Shown here piece by piece: positions 1-14,600 of a DNA stretch of 64,000 bases. This DNA comes from the human T2T-CHM13v2.0 reference genome, Homo sapiens: NCBI RefSeq assembly GCF_009914755.1, contig NC_060928.1; one strand, 5' to 3'. The number at the start of each line of letters is the position of its first letter. Position 1 is the stretch's first letter. Below the pieces are notes generated by a model. That model did no database searches. It was not told the DNA's origin and saw nothing but the letters and a program-made list of their open reading frames with translations. Position numbers and translations under genes: made by a program.

Positions 1-3000
1 AGGAACTTGCCAGTATCTCAAGTTTCATCTCCTGCCCTTCTGTTATAGCAAATGATTTGGCATTCTCTAAGCACTCCGTGTTTTTATGATTTTGTGCCTT
101 TTCCTCATGCCCCACCTTACATCCCCACCGCCTATGTACTGGGGAGCCTCTACTATTTTCAAAACGCAGATCAGGTCACTTAGGCCTGCTCAGGCATTCC
201 CTTCCTCCAGGCTGTGACTCCCTTAGAGGCAAGGCCTTTTTCTATAACATGGCACTTTTATATAGAGTACCTGGCATATAGTAGACCTGTAATAAATATT
301 CGGATAACAGAAAGGACAGTTCTTTTATCTTTTAATGATGCATATAAATAGTAACCTGAATGACAAATAACACTCATGATAAACCAGAGTATCACTGAAT
401 AAGCATTCCTTCTTGAGGACAGACCTCTTGATAGTTAAAAAGTAAAATGTCAAAAAGTTTATTACATAAATAACCTTGATCTACTCTGACTGTATTTTTC
501 TGTCTCACATAATTCTGTTACATTGTCACACCCTCCTAAAATGGATTTCTAGTCGTGCCATGGTAATAAAATGTTGTTCTAGGCTTTAAAATGATACATC
601 TGCCCTGAAAGCTTTGAGGTATTTTTTTCCCTGGGGTGGTTATTTTTTCAGATTGCCAAGAGAAGGTTATCATATACCAATCATAATGTATGTGTTGTAA
701 AGCCACACATTGCAATACTTTTTTTATGAGCTGTTATGTAAGCCATGCTTCAGGGCAAAGCAGGGATGCAGTGGAGGAAGAGCCGTTTTATGCATTTCCA
801 GCTGCACAAAGTAGTAACATTTCATGTGGCAGTGCTATATTCATTTTCGAGTTTCTCCCCTAGAGGGATAATAGGACATTGCTTTTTTGCCTTTCAAAAG
901 GGTATAACAAACATTCTCTCCCAACACAAATGCCACATTTGACCTCATTCTGCTCTCAGTCAGTAAAATGTTTTTCTTAGTGTCATAAGAATTATTTTCT
1001 GTTGGTGACTTTAATTTCCTATAAGGTTTTTAGGAAGGTTTGGAAATCATTATATGGTTTCACTGGGTTTGCCAGATGTGAAGGAGGATTAAGAATTAAA
1101 CTGTTTGCTTGGCTTTGGCTGGTATTAGATTATAAAATGCACTTTTATTGGAAACAAGAATCAAAGGATAGGCCTAAATAAGTACTTCCCTGGATTAAAA
1201 AAAAAAAAAAGTGTTAACAGTGTGGTCTCCAGGGATTGATATTCGGAATGCTATTTTAAAATATTTTAAAGAGCATCGAGAAAAGAGAGAGTCTTAGCTC
1301 TTCTAGGTACTAAAGTAGGGTTGATTGGCACAAGCTGAAAGTTCACTCCAAAACATTATGTGAGTGGGCAGAAGAGGAGCAGATGTGACCTCATTTTCAA
1401 TCAGTTCAGCTTTTAAGCCATTCCCCTTTCTCCACCTGATGAAATGCTGTGGTTATTCTTTTGAAGGGTCTGTTTAGCAGGGTTAATTTCTTATTATCCT
1501 ACTAAGCCATTTGGTTTTTAAATGTATATTTCCTCTCTCCATGTGCATACATAATATATATGCATACATAAATTATTCATATGTTTAAAATTTCTCACAG
1601 ATTTTATTTTACAATCTTTCTTTCATTACTTTGCTTTCATTTTTTTTCTCTTCACTTTCCCAATACCTTTCTTATTTTTAGACAGATCATTTTGTAGGAA
1701 TAATGTGGTAAGATATTTCTTGTAAAATATTGACTTCTATTAAAATATTTTGTGTAATTTATGATATCTCATCTTTAGAATAAAAATGCTACTTAGGAGC
1801 TTTCTTTTTAAAATTCAGGAATTGCTTAGTTCCTAAACATGAAGAGTTAAAATCTACTAGAGCCTTTTATTATTTCTAAAAAGTATAATTATCAGCCTTT
1901 TAGTAGCTATGAGAGATGGACTGTTCAGTGGCATTCATATGCCTTGTGTTTATAGGCCTGTCTTGTCATACGTGCTCTTACCACTGAAATGATGGCATAA
2001 ACTTTGACAAATGCAGTTTTATCACCTTTTGAAATATACTACAAAACGATGTATTAACTGTTTAATATTTATATGTGATTTTTTTCAAGTTCAGTTCAAA
2101 TCAGCTAAAGAGTTAATGTTAAATATTCACAATAAAAAATATTTTTTAAAACCTGTAATGCATATTTATGATTCAGTTGATGAGCCAAAGCATGAATTTT
2201 TATAAGGTCTCTGAAAGATAGAACTTACATAGATTTTATAAATATTTTCAAATTTCATGTGTTACATAGACTTCTTAATTAGTTGTCTATGATAACTTTG
2301 ATCTGCTCCAATTAAACAGTCTTAAGAATAAAAGTTTTTTTGTAAAACAATAATCAATTTGTTGTTTATTTTTCTGTTGCAAAAATTAACCTGTATTTTG
2401 GTCCTTTAATTACTTGCTTGTTTTTAAAATTTATTCCCACTTGAGTATTAACTCATGTTTTTCTGACCTGATTTAGCAGGGAACTGTTTGCAAGATAAAT
2501 TGGCCAAGAGAACTAAGACTAACATCAGCAGATTTCCTTTTTCATGTTTAAATAAAGTACTCATTTTCCTTGAAGTGCCAACATGATTTATCCAAATCTG
2601 AGGAAGAGAAGAAACTAAAAAAAGGATTATTCAAATTTTAGATTTGTAGGGAAATAATGTTTTCACTTATCTCATTTGGATTCCCAAAATGCTAGCTTAA
2701 ACCAAGCCAAGCAGTGGCATAAGATAATAGACCCAAAATCAGTTTATATTCCAGCAGGATAATAGATGAGCCACAGCTGGATGTTCTCCATTTACTCATC
2801 CATGAACAAACATGCACTGAGTACCTGCTGTCTACTAGGTACTCGGGACACACAGATAAATAATACACAGTATCTGTCCTCAAAGAGCCCTCACTTTGAC
2901 TGGGGAGAAACATACAGATACTAAGGCAATACAGAAGTGCAATGTTAGAAATATTCACACGTACGAAAGCCGAAAGTGCATCTGTGTAAACAAAACAAAA

Positions 3001-3758
3001 CAAACAAACAAAACAGGACCCAGGACCATGGGAGGAGGGCAGAGTTTCCCAGGAGCTGGTTCCTGAGTTTAAATGTGCTGGTTTGAACTATTGTGTAGTT
3101 AATGGTAAGTTCACATTTACAAAATAGAACATTAGACATTACAGTGTTAACACAAAGAAGGGTTTTGTATGAAATCTCCCTTTTTCCAGTAATAATTTTA
3201 ACTTATATGTTGAGAATCGGAAGTTTTTATTTTGTAATTTACCATGATGCCTTTAAAATATGCCGTGCATTGTTATGGTTCTTTAAAAGTAAATTTAGCA
3301 TAACTTTAGTAAATTTGATCACCTACTTTAGTTTGGATGAACTAAATTTTGTTCAAAATTGTACTATATACTTCTGAGTAAATATAACGGATTTGTTACC
3401 CATATTTACTAATATCACTGCCAAAACCACTTTTAAACTATACCTAATCACTGGAATAATCTAGAGTTCCAAAAGATCAAACTTGTGACTTAGAAGATTT
3501 TGTATTTCTGAAGTTTTTCTTCTTAATATAGCCTCTTATCTCTGAAACACTTTAAATAAATGTATATCATCTAAAGAAAGTTATACTTGTCCATTAAGAT
3601 TGGGTTCTGGTAAAATAAAGGTAATATTTCTTGTCAGTTGAAGAGCAATTTTCCTAAAGCCTGAGTGAAGAGGTGCCTCCCCACCAGAAAGTATATTCAC
3701 TCACAATGTCCAATGATCTGAGATTAAATGTCAAATACTTACTAATGTATCTACTTGA

Positions 3759-4103
<345 letters not shown>

Positions 4104-4522
4104 GAAACTAAGACTGGGGATACCATCAGTGCATAATTATTGTCCAAAGACAGAACATATGGGACTAATATGTCAGTGTTTTTTATATACTAAATTGAAA
4201 TAAATCTGGTGGGAACAAACCTGTTTAACCCTTGTTTGGCTTCTTCAATGATTTTAAATTCTTAGAATGGTTCAAAGTTTTTCACATTGAGATCCAGCTC
4301 CCCATCTTTCACCTGGAGGAAGAAGCTCTGTGGGGGGTTAGAAACAGGGGGATGGCTGTGCATGCTTTGCTTCTGTTTAAAAAGGGAATTCAGTCTCCAG
4401 AAGGGAGGGGATTGCACTGGATGCTTGGAGCAGGCATCAGAACATGTAGATGGTTTTGGATAATCTTCATATGAGGTTATCTTCAATAACTCAAAGAGTT
4501 GATTGACAAAAAATAGTTGATT

Positions 4523-4674
4523 AGCCAGGCACAGTAGTTCATCCCCTGTAATCCTAGCATTTTGGGAGGCCGAGGTAGCAAGATTGCTTGATCCCAGTAG
4601 TTCAAGACCAGCCTGGGCAACAAAGTGAGACCCCATCTCTATTTAAAAAAAAAAAAAAAAGAAAGAAAGAAAAG
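4523..4674 (+). mobile_element. Alu monomer (FLAM-like)
   Basis: Left-arm sequence plus A tail; TSD AAATAGTTGAT (4511-4521 and 4675-4685). Confidence 0.88.
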
Positions 4675-5073
4675 AAATAGTTGATATTTTTCTAATGAGC
4701 ATGTAGTATTTTTGGTACATTTAATTTTCCTGTTAAGTCAGGCAAATCACGAAATTATACTAATGATGTGGGAGAAATTGCATTAAAACTGGGGGAAAAG
4801 AGCCCAAGACTTAAAACTTACCTCATCTAGATATTCTGTAGTTGATCATAATTACTGTACAGAATGCAGAGATCTTTAGAAAATTATTGTGTTGATACAG
4901 ATGGGGACTTCTTTTAAGAATTCCAAATGGTAATGCATAAAAATCCTAAGATTGGTTAACAAGTTGCAAAATTGTGAGATTTATTGAGAGGCTCTTATAT
5001 AATGGAAATCTTCCTTTTATTCAGATGACTAGGTGATCAAAAATGTGATATAGACAACTTTTTAAGAAGATAC

Positions 5074-5151
5074 CTTTGTTTTTGAAACAGGGTCATGCTC
5101 TGGTCCCCAGGCTGGAGTGCAGTGGCACAATCATGGATCCCTGCAGCCTAG
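5074..5151 (-). mobile_element. 5'-truncated Alu (J-like) fragment
   Basis: caggctggagtgcagtggcacaatcatgg flanked by the direct repeat GAAGATAC. Confidence 0.75.
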
Positions 5152-7496
5152 GAAGATACTTATTTATTTCAGTATTCTTCATTATAGTACAGGATAGATC
5201 TGTATTATATACTGTATTATATATTTTGCTTGTTTGGTTAAAGGGGGGTGGCATTTAATTGGCTCAAAATGCCCCCTTAGAAACCCGATAAAATCTTCCC
5301 AGTAGGTGGCTAAAACTGCTTCACAGACTTGCCCACTTGTAACTGCAGTTACCATAGTATATTAGAAGTCTTGAGATAAAAATAAAAGATATAACTATTA
5401 GCTATTCCATAATAGGCATCACTCCATTGTCAAGAGTCCCAGTGTTTCAATCTGTAAAGTAACTTTGGGACGAACTGGTTTACTGTGTAGTACTCAGCCT
5501 GGTTACCCTGCTTAAGTTTAATATACAGTATTAGAGTTGCTGACCTTGATTTCTTTTAGTGGAGCATTATGATGTCAACTCTACTATTTTCTCTATTTTG
5601 TTACCCTTTGGTTTATATCTTGGCCTGATACTTAAAGAAAGGGAAAAAAAAGATAAAGAAGAATAGCAATTCCTCTAAGCGGGTCTATTTCTTTGAGCAG
5701 ATAATTCTTACCAGAATATCATACTTTAAGCCACACCTAGAGCTTATATAGAATTTTTATATTTCCATAGTTACCTGAAAGCATGCTTCATCCATTTTCA
5801 GTTCTGCCCTAGTTGCTAACAGAGGCATTGCCATTGGAAAGTGGCCTTCAATCTCTTTCTAGTTTAGGGATATTAAAATATACTTGGAAATGGGTCCTTT
5901 CCTGTATGGATGACATTCTAGATATTTAAGGACTGGTAAGGTCTCTGTTTAATCTTGGGCTTATCCATTTTAAGCCCTGATTAAGCACAAATTCCTTGAC
6001 CATGCCCAGCAGGGCTGCAGCTCCCAATGCAGTCATCGCTCAGTGCTCTGAAAGGAGCAAGACATGGAGCTCTTCAGTCAGCCGGAAATGTCTAGTCCAT
6101 CCAGCTGTAACTAAGCAGAGAGAAAGAAGGGTACTGAGGCTGGTGCACTCCACATTCCCACCCACATCCTGCCACATGTTGGTGAGAGTCTGGGGAGCCC
6201 CAGCCTACTGGCACGCCTTGTTCCCTCTGAATTTCTGGAGCTTATTTATTTTTACCACCTCCCTCTCTGCTTTCTGTGTCCATTCCTTCTGCTCCTTTTA
6301 GGTAACTGCAGCCAGAGAAAGGATGCTGATAGGATTTTTCTGAAGAAAGGTGTTTTTGATCAAGAGAGTTAAAATCACAGAATGAAGTTTGGCTTGTTAT
6401 ACCTTTAAATTCTGTGGCTCATGAAGCATGATAACCAAGTAGTGTGCATGTTGTTCAAGCAGTGGCCCTTTCCTAAAGCTAAGTCATCATTTCTCAAGAG
6501 ATCATGTGACTGCATAAGCTCATCATTAAAAGCTTAGTTTTCTAGGCTTCACCTGTGATTTCAAATTCAAACAAGCCTATGTTACTGTCATTTGCTCTAA
6601 AGACCATTTTTCTAAATCCCTTTGGATTTATATTATCTCTACCAAGGCATGGCCATCTTGGAAAAATATTACATATAAGCAGGATTTGGGGGTAAGAAGG
6701 GGCACTTTGTAAGTTGTAAGGTGGATGGTTACTAGCCTGACCTTACTTCTGGTAATCCATATTACCATCCAGTGATAAGTGGTTATATTTTTCAGTCCAT
6801 TTCCACCTTTATGAACATACTGATCTTGGAAAATTATCTACTCATCCTCTTTTCCATTTCTGTTTAACAGTGATTCATTAGTTTGGGCTGTAGAGTGGAT
6901 CAGCTGGTGTTTACGAAGGTATCATTGTACCAGTGAGTCACAGAGGCATCTACTGATTCTCATTCACTCTCAGAAAGGAGGAGTATGTAGCTTTCCTCCT
7001 CAGGGGAGTAAAGTATTACACCACTTTATAGCCGTTGTTTGAATCATATAATTAAGATTTGATGTGATTATTCTTAGTTGACTTGGGGTTAGACAGACAA
7101 TTCTTGTATTTGGTTTTGCCTTCCGATTTAATGACATGCAGCCTCTGAGAAGTGAGCAAATTCAATTTTTCTGGTGCTATTATATGGCATTATTAAAAGT
7201 ACAGTGCCGTGTAGGGAATATAGAGTTATGTTCTTGGTGAATTCATAAGGTATTGCCAGTACGGGTCTATCTGATTTAAGCCCTGCTCTCCCATTTTGTA
7301 TTTTCCATTCTTTATCTCCCCTTTTCTTTTCGGAGTCTATCTTACCACCAAAGCAGAAATTTTAGGATTCATTCATTTATTCAGTGAGTATTTATTGAGG
7401 AATTATGTGCCAGGATAAGCACTGGGCATGCAGTGGTGCGTACGATGGACATAGCCTCTGCACTTTCACAGAACTTACAGTCTAGTGCAGGGACTA

Positions 7497-7697
7497 GGGA
7501 ACCAAATCCAGCCCAACACCTGTCTCTGTAAATACATGGTTACTGGAACACAGCCATACCCATTCATTTACATATTGTCTATGGCTGCTCCCACACTGCA
7601 GAGGCAGACTTGAATAATTACCACAGGGACCCTGTGGTCTGCAAAGCCAAACATGTTTACTACTTAACCCTTTGAAGAAAAAGTTTGCTGACCCCTC
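7497..7697 (+). mobile_element. MER58A-like hAT DNA transposon, within L2 fragments
   Basis: ggaacacagccatacccattcatttacatattgtctatggctgc...aaaagtttgctgacccct; recognised by eye. Confidence 0.75.
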
Positions 7698-7904
7698 TCT
7701 CATGGATAGTGCTGAAGACATTTCATAAATGCAGTCTAGAACTGGAAAAGCCTTGCCAACCCCCTTGAGGAGTGTGTATTCTCCAGAGGGCAGTGGGCTA
7801 CTGCTGGAATATGGTAAGCAGGGAAAGAAACATGTTGATGTATGAATTTTAGAAAAGTCCCTGTGGCTGCTGTGTAGGAAGTATGTGTCAGGGCGAGAAG
7901 CACT

Positions 7905-8640
7905 AGGTCATAGTAGTTAAGAGTGTAGATCCTGAGCCAGACTATTTGGATTGAAATTTTGACTCTACTACATACTGATTCTAATCTTAGGTAACTTCCC
8001 TGTCAGATGTCCCATCTATAAAATAGACATGGCAATCATAGTACCTAACTCATGGGATTGAATAAGTTAATGTATGTGAAGCACTTAGGACACAGTGTTT
8101 ACCATCATCACTATTATTCCTATTGTAATCTTGTTCAGAGGTGAGGGTGCCTGAATTAAGGCAGTAGCAGTGAGGATGATAGAAAGAAGTGGCCAGATGG
8201 AGGCTCTACACAGGTGATAGAATTGACAGGAATTTATGATTAATTGGATGTCAGAAGGGTAGATAAAAGAGAATAAAAAGTTGAGGGTGATTGCAGGTTT
8301 TGGATTTCATCAGTTGAGTGAATGGTGGTTTCAGTCCCTGAAGTAAGGAGACAGTCAGTGAAACAGGCTTGTGATGTGAGGTGAATGATAGGTTCAGTTT
8401 TTGGTATGTTAAATTTAGGTACTAGAGAGATATGAATAGAAATGTTCAGGAAGAAGTTGCCTGTAAGGTTTTGAGTTCAGAAAGGTGATACGGGCTGGGG
8501 AAATGGATGTAGCAGTGATCACTATAAAACTGGTCACTGAGCTTGGAAGAGAATGAAATAACCTAGAATGAGGATGGAATGACAAATAGACTAATAACAG
8601 AACCCTGAAGAACACTAACAGTTTAAGATTAGACAAAGAA
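7905..8640. mobile_element. MIR followed by an L2 fragment
   Basis: MIR core (atctataaaatagac...atagtacctaactcatggg) then purine-rich L2-like sequence; boundaries approximate. Confidence 0.6.
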
Positions 8641-10420
8641 CCATTAAGTCAAAAAAAAAAAAAAACAACTTTTGGAGGAAAATAAACATGAATTTTTAAT
8701 CCATTAAAATTTCTGTCATTGAAATAGTTGAATTTGAAAAATATTTAAATTTGCAATTTTGGTATTAGCATAGGTCAACCTAAACTATGGCGTGTATTTC
8801 ACAATTTGATTTCATGTACTATCATATTCTATATTCTTCTAATATTCAATTTCTTCTCTATGGAACATTAGGTAACTTAGTGGATGCTATGGCTATGGAT
8901 GCTGACATCATATGAGCTGTTCCAACTACTCTTCTATATTTAATAACATTTCCTTACCTCCCTGTTTACCAATTCACTTGAGCCTGTGAAAGGAAAAACT
9001 GAAGTGGAGGAGAATGTCTTTCTCCTTTTTGTGTTATACTTGTTTCAGCATCAACAACTGGGAACCAGTTTGTTACAACATTTTATAATGATATCTCTAT
9101 ATTAATTTACTTACAACACTAACATAAGTAAGTATAATTTTGGAAGGAGCCAGGAGATAAATTGGAGAAACGAACACTTTTTCCATCATCAGAATCACCC
9201 CTTACCTCTCTCTTACAGTCATGCGTGCCTTACACTTTACTTAGTTAATTCCCAAGAGAATCTTCAGTTCTTCCTGAATATGATTTCCAAAAAAACAGCC
9301 TTCTACTCACTTACTCTGACCCTTAGTATGGCTCACAGGTTAGGCTCAAGCTAAGTCTCTGAGGTGGGACAATCAGAAGGCTGATCTAGAGGCTTTCTCA
9401 ACCCTGTACCACACATGCCTGAAGAAAGGCATCACATTTATACAATCAGGCTGTGTTGCCTTTTCTATTTAGGGGGGAACTTGTGAAAAACTTTGAAATG
9501 CTCCCAAAAGATGTCTGTCTAACTCAACTTTCCAGCTTATCTCACCCTTTCCTATTTTACAATCCTGGAAATTACAGAAAACTGAGAGTGATGCAAAGGA
9601 CTCTTGCCCATTGAAATGGAAATAGTTCTGGTGGAATGCAATTGATTATTGCCCTATGCAGAGTGACCAATTTAACCAGATTTGCATCTATTTGTAAATT
9701 CTTTGCAATATTCTTGATGTTTATGTTTGTCCTTTGGATTTATTTTTGAACCAGTTGTAATATCTTACAGGTTCCTTTTTTAATGAGTTAGTTAAAATTT
9801 ATGTCCCATCTTCAAAAAAAATTATCTTGTTATATATACACATGTATGTTTATACATGCATATCACATCTGTAGAAAAATTCACAAGAAGTTGGTAGCTG
9901 TAATTACCCCTGCAGAAGGAAAGGCAGGAAAGCTTGCTTTTCACTACATGCCCTTTTGGATGTTTTGAATTTTGTGTTGTATGCCTATGTTACCTAAACA
10001 AATAGAAAATTTTTAAAAATTTCTTTTTGAACTCTTGAAAATCAAGACTTAGCGATCCCTTGACTACTAATTTCACGTCTGAAATAACTGACTTTCTATA
10101 AAGGTTTTTGCCTCTAAATAAACTACTAATAGAGAGCAGCCTACACATCAACATCATACTTAGAGACTTACTTTTGTATTTTTTAAGGCAAACTAGTAAA
10201 CTTTACTTTTCAAGGTAGCTCTAACCCTGTAGAAAGATTTTGGTCGGGTGGTGCTAATTCTATGACTACTCTGTTGGGGAATCACACAGTTTTAGTGTAG
10301 AGGGAAGTGGCAGACCCATCAGCCTATTTTGCATTTATTCTGTATGCACCTTGCCTCTTCACCAGCTGTGTCCTCTATAATCCCCTTGTCTAATTATAAC
10401 GAGCAGCCCTCCCATTAAGC

Positions 10421-10574
10421 CAGTGATTCTCAGGCTTAGATGTATATTAAATCACCAGGAGTGCTTTTAAAAATCGAAATGCTTAGACCAATTGAATCAC
10501 AATGTCTGAGGGTAAGACACAGACATTGGCATTTTTTAAAGTGATCAAGGTGATGCCAATGTTGAGAAACAGTG
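10421..10574. mobile_element. MER5A-like MITE
   Basis: Ends cagtgattctca...ttgagaaacagtg; internal aatcaccaggga and ttttttaaag...ggtgat. Confidence 0.65.
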
Positions 10575-11411
10575 TCTTGTGCGAAGAATGGTACTGGCTT
10601 AGGAAAAAACTTAACAAATAATACCTCAGAAGCAAAAGCACTCAGGATATCTGACTGGAAGATCTGCATAGGTGATGAAGACGGCCCAAACAGAAAAGAG
10701 AGGCACCCTTTACTGTGAATGAATATCCTTGTACAAAGAATCTGTTTTGACCCATGCTGCTTCTGGAATGGGGCAAACTAGATATGGGGGAGTGGTTTAA
10801 AAGCCCGAGCTGACTTAGTTACAGATATTAGCTTTTTTTATACTTCTGATTTCAGATAAACTCTCAGTGAGTAAAAAATACCAAATCGGGACTCTGCATA
10901 TCCCCGCCTTGTTCCTCTGCCATTTGGGGCACTGAGCCAGCCTGCTGACAGTGACATCCATCTAATACCACTGCCACCATATGGTTGTGCTACCGACAAA
11001 AGGTTATATTTATCACACACGGTACAACTGGGAAAACCACATACTGTACAAACATGACCTATTAAGCATCTGTTTTAATCAAAGATTCTAGAACTTCTTT
11101 GCTCTAACCCTTAAAAATATGCTTTATTAAGAGGTCTTTGATAGAGAAGTAGATTTGTAAAGGGAGAAGTAAAAATGCATCCTTTCATTAATTTTGAAAT
11201 AGTAAGGCGAGGAGATAGCCTATTTCTTGGTATTTCTTCTCTACCCTGAAAGATATCTCCTAATGGGAAGTCCTGATTAATGGCCCGCTTGTATTCCAAA
11301 CTGTTTTATTGTTGCCTCAGCCTTTTTCAAAACCTGAAAATTGGTCTCATGAGCTCTACTGTGGTGGTTTGCCTTCATGTACTCATTGTATATCCCCTCC
11401 CTTTTGTATAG

Positions 11412-11872
11412 GAAGACAGAGATGTCAATGACCCCATGCCCAACCGAGGCGGCAATGGACTAGCTCCTGGGGAGGACAGATTCAAACCTGTGGTACCATG
11501 GCCTCATGTTGAAGGAGTAGAAGTGGACTTAGAGTCTATTAGAAGAATAAACAAGGCCAAAAATGAACAAGAGCACCATGCTGGAGGAGATTCCCAGAAA
11601 GATATCATGCAGAGGCAGTATCTCACATTTAAGCCTCAGACATTCACCTACCATGATCCTGTGCTTCGCCCAGGGATCCTCGGTAACTTTGAACCCAAAG
11701 AACCTGAGCCTCCTGGAGTGGTTGGTGGCCCTGGAGAGAAAGCCAAGCCATTGGTTTTGGGACCAGAATTCAAACAAGCAATTCAAGCCAGCATTAAAGA
11801 GTTTGGATTTAACATGGTGGCAAGTGACATGATCTCACTGGACCGCAGCGTCAATGACTTACGCCAAGAAGA
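11412..11872 (+). CDS. GALNT7: GALNT7 coding exon 2 (461 nt; stem region to start of catalytic domain)
   Basis: Acceptor cttttgtatag| and donor GA|gtaagc. Translates EDRDVNDPMPNRGGNGLAPGEDRFKP...FGFNMVASDMISLDRSVNDLRQE; FN..SD.ISLDR..D.R is the GalNAc-T family motif. Phase 0 start, phase 2 end, joining exon 3 in frame. Confidence 0.97.
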
Positions 11873-13037
11873 GTAAGCACACATCCTCTTCTTTCTAAAA
11901 ATGGGGCAACTGTTGTTTTCATAGGTTTTTAGGTTTAGTTAGATTGTTAGAATGAAGAAATAATTATTGATGCCTTTATTTCAAGGAAATAAGAGGATCT
12001 TTGAACAGCAAAATGGTCAGAAGGAGGCAGTCCCTCCATTTATGCCATTGTATTGAAGGTGGGCTGTATAAAATTCTGGGGCCCTCTACGTCAGTGCTAT
12101 TCAAAATATGGTCCCCAGACTGGCACTGGTCAATGAATTTTTTGTTACCAGTCCACAGTGAGAAAATGAGCTTGCACCAGGATGTAAGTCAACTACACTA
12201 TTAAATATTTTGTTTAGTTTAAGTGACAACTTTTTAATAGCAAAACTTCCTTGATTTGTTGATTTTCATTCTGGAGCAAGTGCCTTATCTTGTTGTGGAA
12301 CAATAGCAAACAGTAACAGTGTTCTGGGTGTCTCACATCATTAACTAGATTTATGTTTCCTTTAATTTTTTTCCTCAGTACTGAAACTGGAAATTGAAAC
12401 ACTTTACTATATGCAAAAGTAACACTCAGATAGATAAAACTGTGACCTAAGATTTCCAATTCTTTTCATGTAGTATGATTTTTAAATGAAGGATTTTCAG
12501 CTCTTAACTTTTGATGGATAGTGATTACTGAATGAACTCAAAGCTTTTCTCTTTCAGTTTATTCAATAACTGGTTCTACTACTATAGGATCTACATAGCT
12601 TTCATTAATGTAGTTGGAAATTTAATTCACTGCTACTAGAAAACACTCAAAATGTATTCCTGATGATGTATTGTTAGCATAATCTTCATTTTTAAAAGGT
12701 TAATACAGCAGGTGCTCACACTCCCATACCTGTTCACATACACGTATGCATGTACACACACACACTCACACCTATTCACCAGCATTCTTTATGACCGCTA
12801 AGTAAAATCCTGTGTCCAATATAATGCCATTTAATAGACTTTGAGCATTCCTGTACATTTACTGGTAAAAGTGAGAAGAGATGAGTGAAATGTGCAAAGA
12901 AGGTAGGAGTGGAAGTGCAGCAGTGTGATGGTGAGTGATACAACCTCTTATACAGAGAACAGTCAGAGCATCTCCCAGGGCTGTGAAGGAAGAATCTTAG
13001 AGTAATTTATTCCCAGTAGAGACTTGCCTAGTCATAG

Positions 13038-13223
13038 ATAGCATTGCCAGATTTAGCAAATAAAAATACAAGATGCCCAATTAAATTTGAATTTCAGATA
13101 AATGGTTAAAAAATTTAGTATATGTTCCAAATATTGCATGGGACATACTTAAAAATTTTTTTAAATTGGATTTCCCTGAAATCCAATTTTAACTCGGTGT
13201 TCTGTGTTTTATCTGGCAGTCTT
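13038..13223. mobile_element. MER53 palindromic MITE
   Basis: ttgccagatttagcaaataaaaataca...tgtgttttatctggca inverted arms with internal ttaaatttgaatttcagataaa. Confidence 0.75.
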
Positions 13224-13869
13224 AGTCAGGAGATAAAGATGGTTGTTAAAGAGTTACAGCTGCCATGTGAGGACCCTTTAGGACCCCTAACAGGATCTCG
13301 AGTCCCTCGTCTAGAACGTGTCTCAGTTATCCTCAGTGCAGCACTCAGTCAGATCCCTCATCTCTGTTACAGAGGTGCTTTGCGAAATGACTGGTGGCAT
13401 TTCATCACTGTAATGAGGGAGAAGGGAAGGGACTTTCTGCTGCAGGCTGGGACTTAGTATAAAGTTATTGAATTCTCACAACCAAACTGTGAGAGAGCTC
13501 TTACCTGTGTGTGTGAAGTCTGAGGCTCAGACAGAGTTGTGACTTCTTTGCATTTACCTAGAAGAATGGCAAAACTGTGAGTCGCCCCTAGGTGATTTGG
13601 TGTGAAAGCCCCTTTGTCTCCATCACTGCACACCTGAGGTATATATCTCTCTCTCTGAGTAGTGTACCTCAGTGCAGATGTTACAATCAGAGGGTGAGCT
13701 TAACAGTGTGGAAACAAGAAATTTTAGCACATAAACTGTTTATTTAAAAATATGTCACTTAAAACACCAATATAAATATAGCTAACTTTTCAATATAAGA
13801 AATAAGAAAATTAAATGATGTACAAGGCTTAAAGCAGGGCACAGGATTTAGAGACATCCTCTGTGCCTT

Positions 13870-14600
13870 CCTCCCCTTCACCCCTCACATCCAGTCCATC
13901 AGCAAGGCCCCTTGGTTCTGCCACCAAAATGTAGCCCAGATCACTTCTGAGGTCCGCTTCTTTCCTCTCCTCTACCTCCACCTGAGGCCATGCAACCATC
14001 ATCTCTCCTGGAATCCTGCAGAAGTCTCGTTACTGGTCTTTCCATTTCTACTCTTGCCTCTTACTGTCTTTTTTTTCAGACAGAAATCAGTGTGGTCTTT
14101 TAGAAACCCAAATCTAAAACCATTCTGTGCCTTCCCATTGCACTTAAAACCCAAACTCCTAACGTGCAGCAGCCCCCACGCTGTGGCCCTTACCCACCTT
14201 GCAGACCTCTTCTTGCTACTATACTTCTTGCCCACATAGTCCAGCTGTGCTGGCCTGTCTCAGGTCTTCTGCATATGCTCTTCCCTCCTCCATGAATGCT
14301 TGTTCCTTTCTTCCCATGACGGGCTGGCTCCTTCCCATCCTTTAGGCCTCTCTTGCACTTCTCTAACCATGCTGTCTAATTTGCTAAGGCCCCACTTTAT
14401 TCTCTATTACTTCTCTTTAGCCATTTTCTTCATGGTATCTATCAAATTTTATAATTAGATATTGGTTTATTAAGTTGTTTATTGGCTGCCTTTCTCATTA
14501 GATAAGTTCCTAAGAGCAAGAACTATGCCTATTTGTAAGCCTAGTAACTGACAAGTAGGAACTCAGTAGTAGTACCCAGTTGGTAAATATCTGTCGAGAA
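13870..14600 (-). mobile_element. L2 3' fragment
   Basis: Pyrimidine-rich degenerate L2-like sequence ending near gaatgaatgaa; boundaries approximate. Confidence 0.55.

Noticed and set aside
11436-11876. 146-aa ORF as a standalone gene starting at MPNRGG
   Set aside because: It is internal exon 2. The frame opens at the acceptor 24 nt upstream, and the TAA lies inside the gtaag donor.
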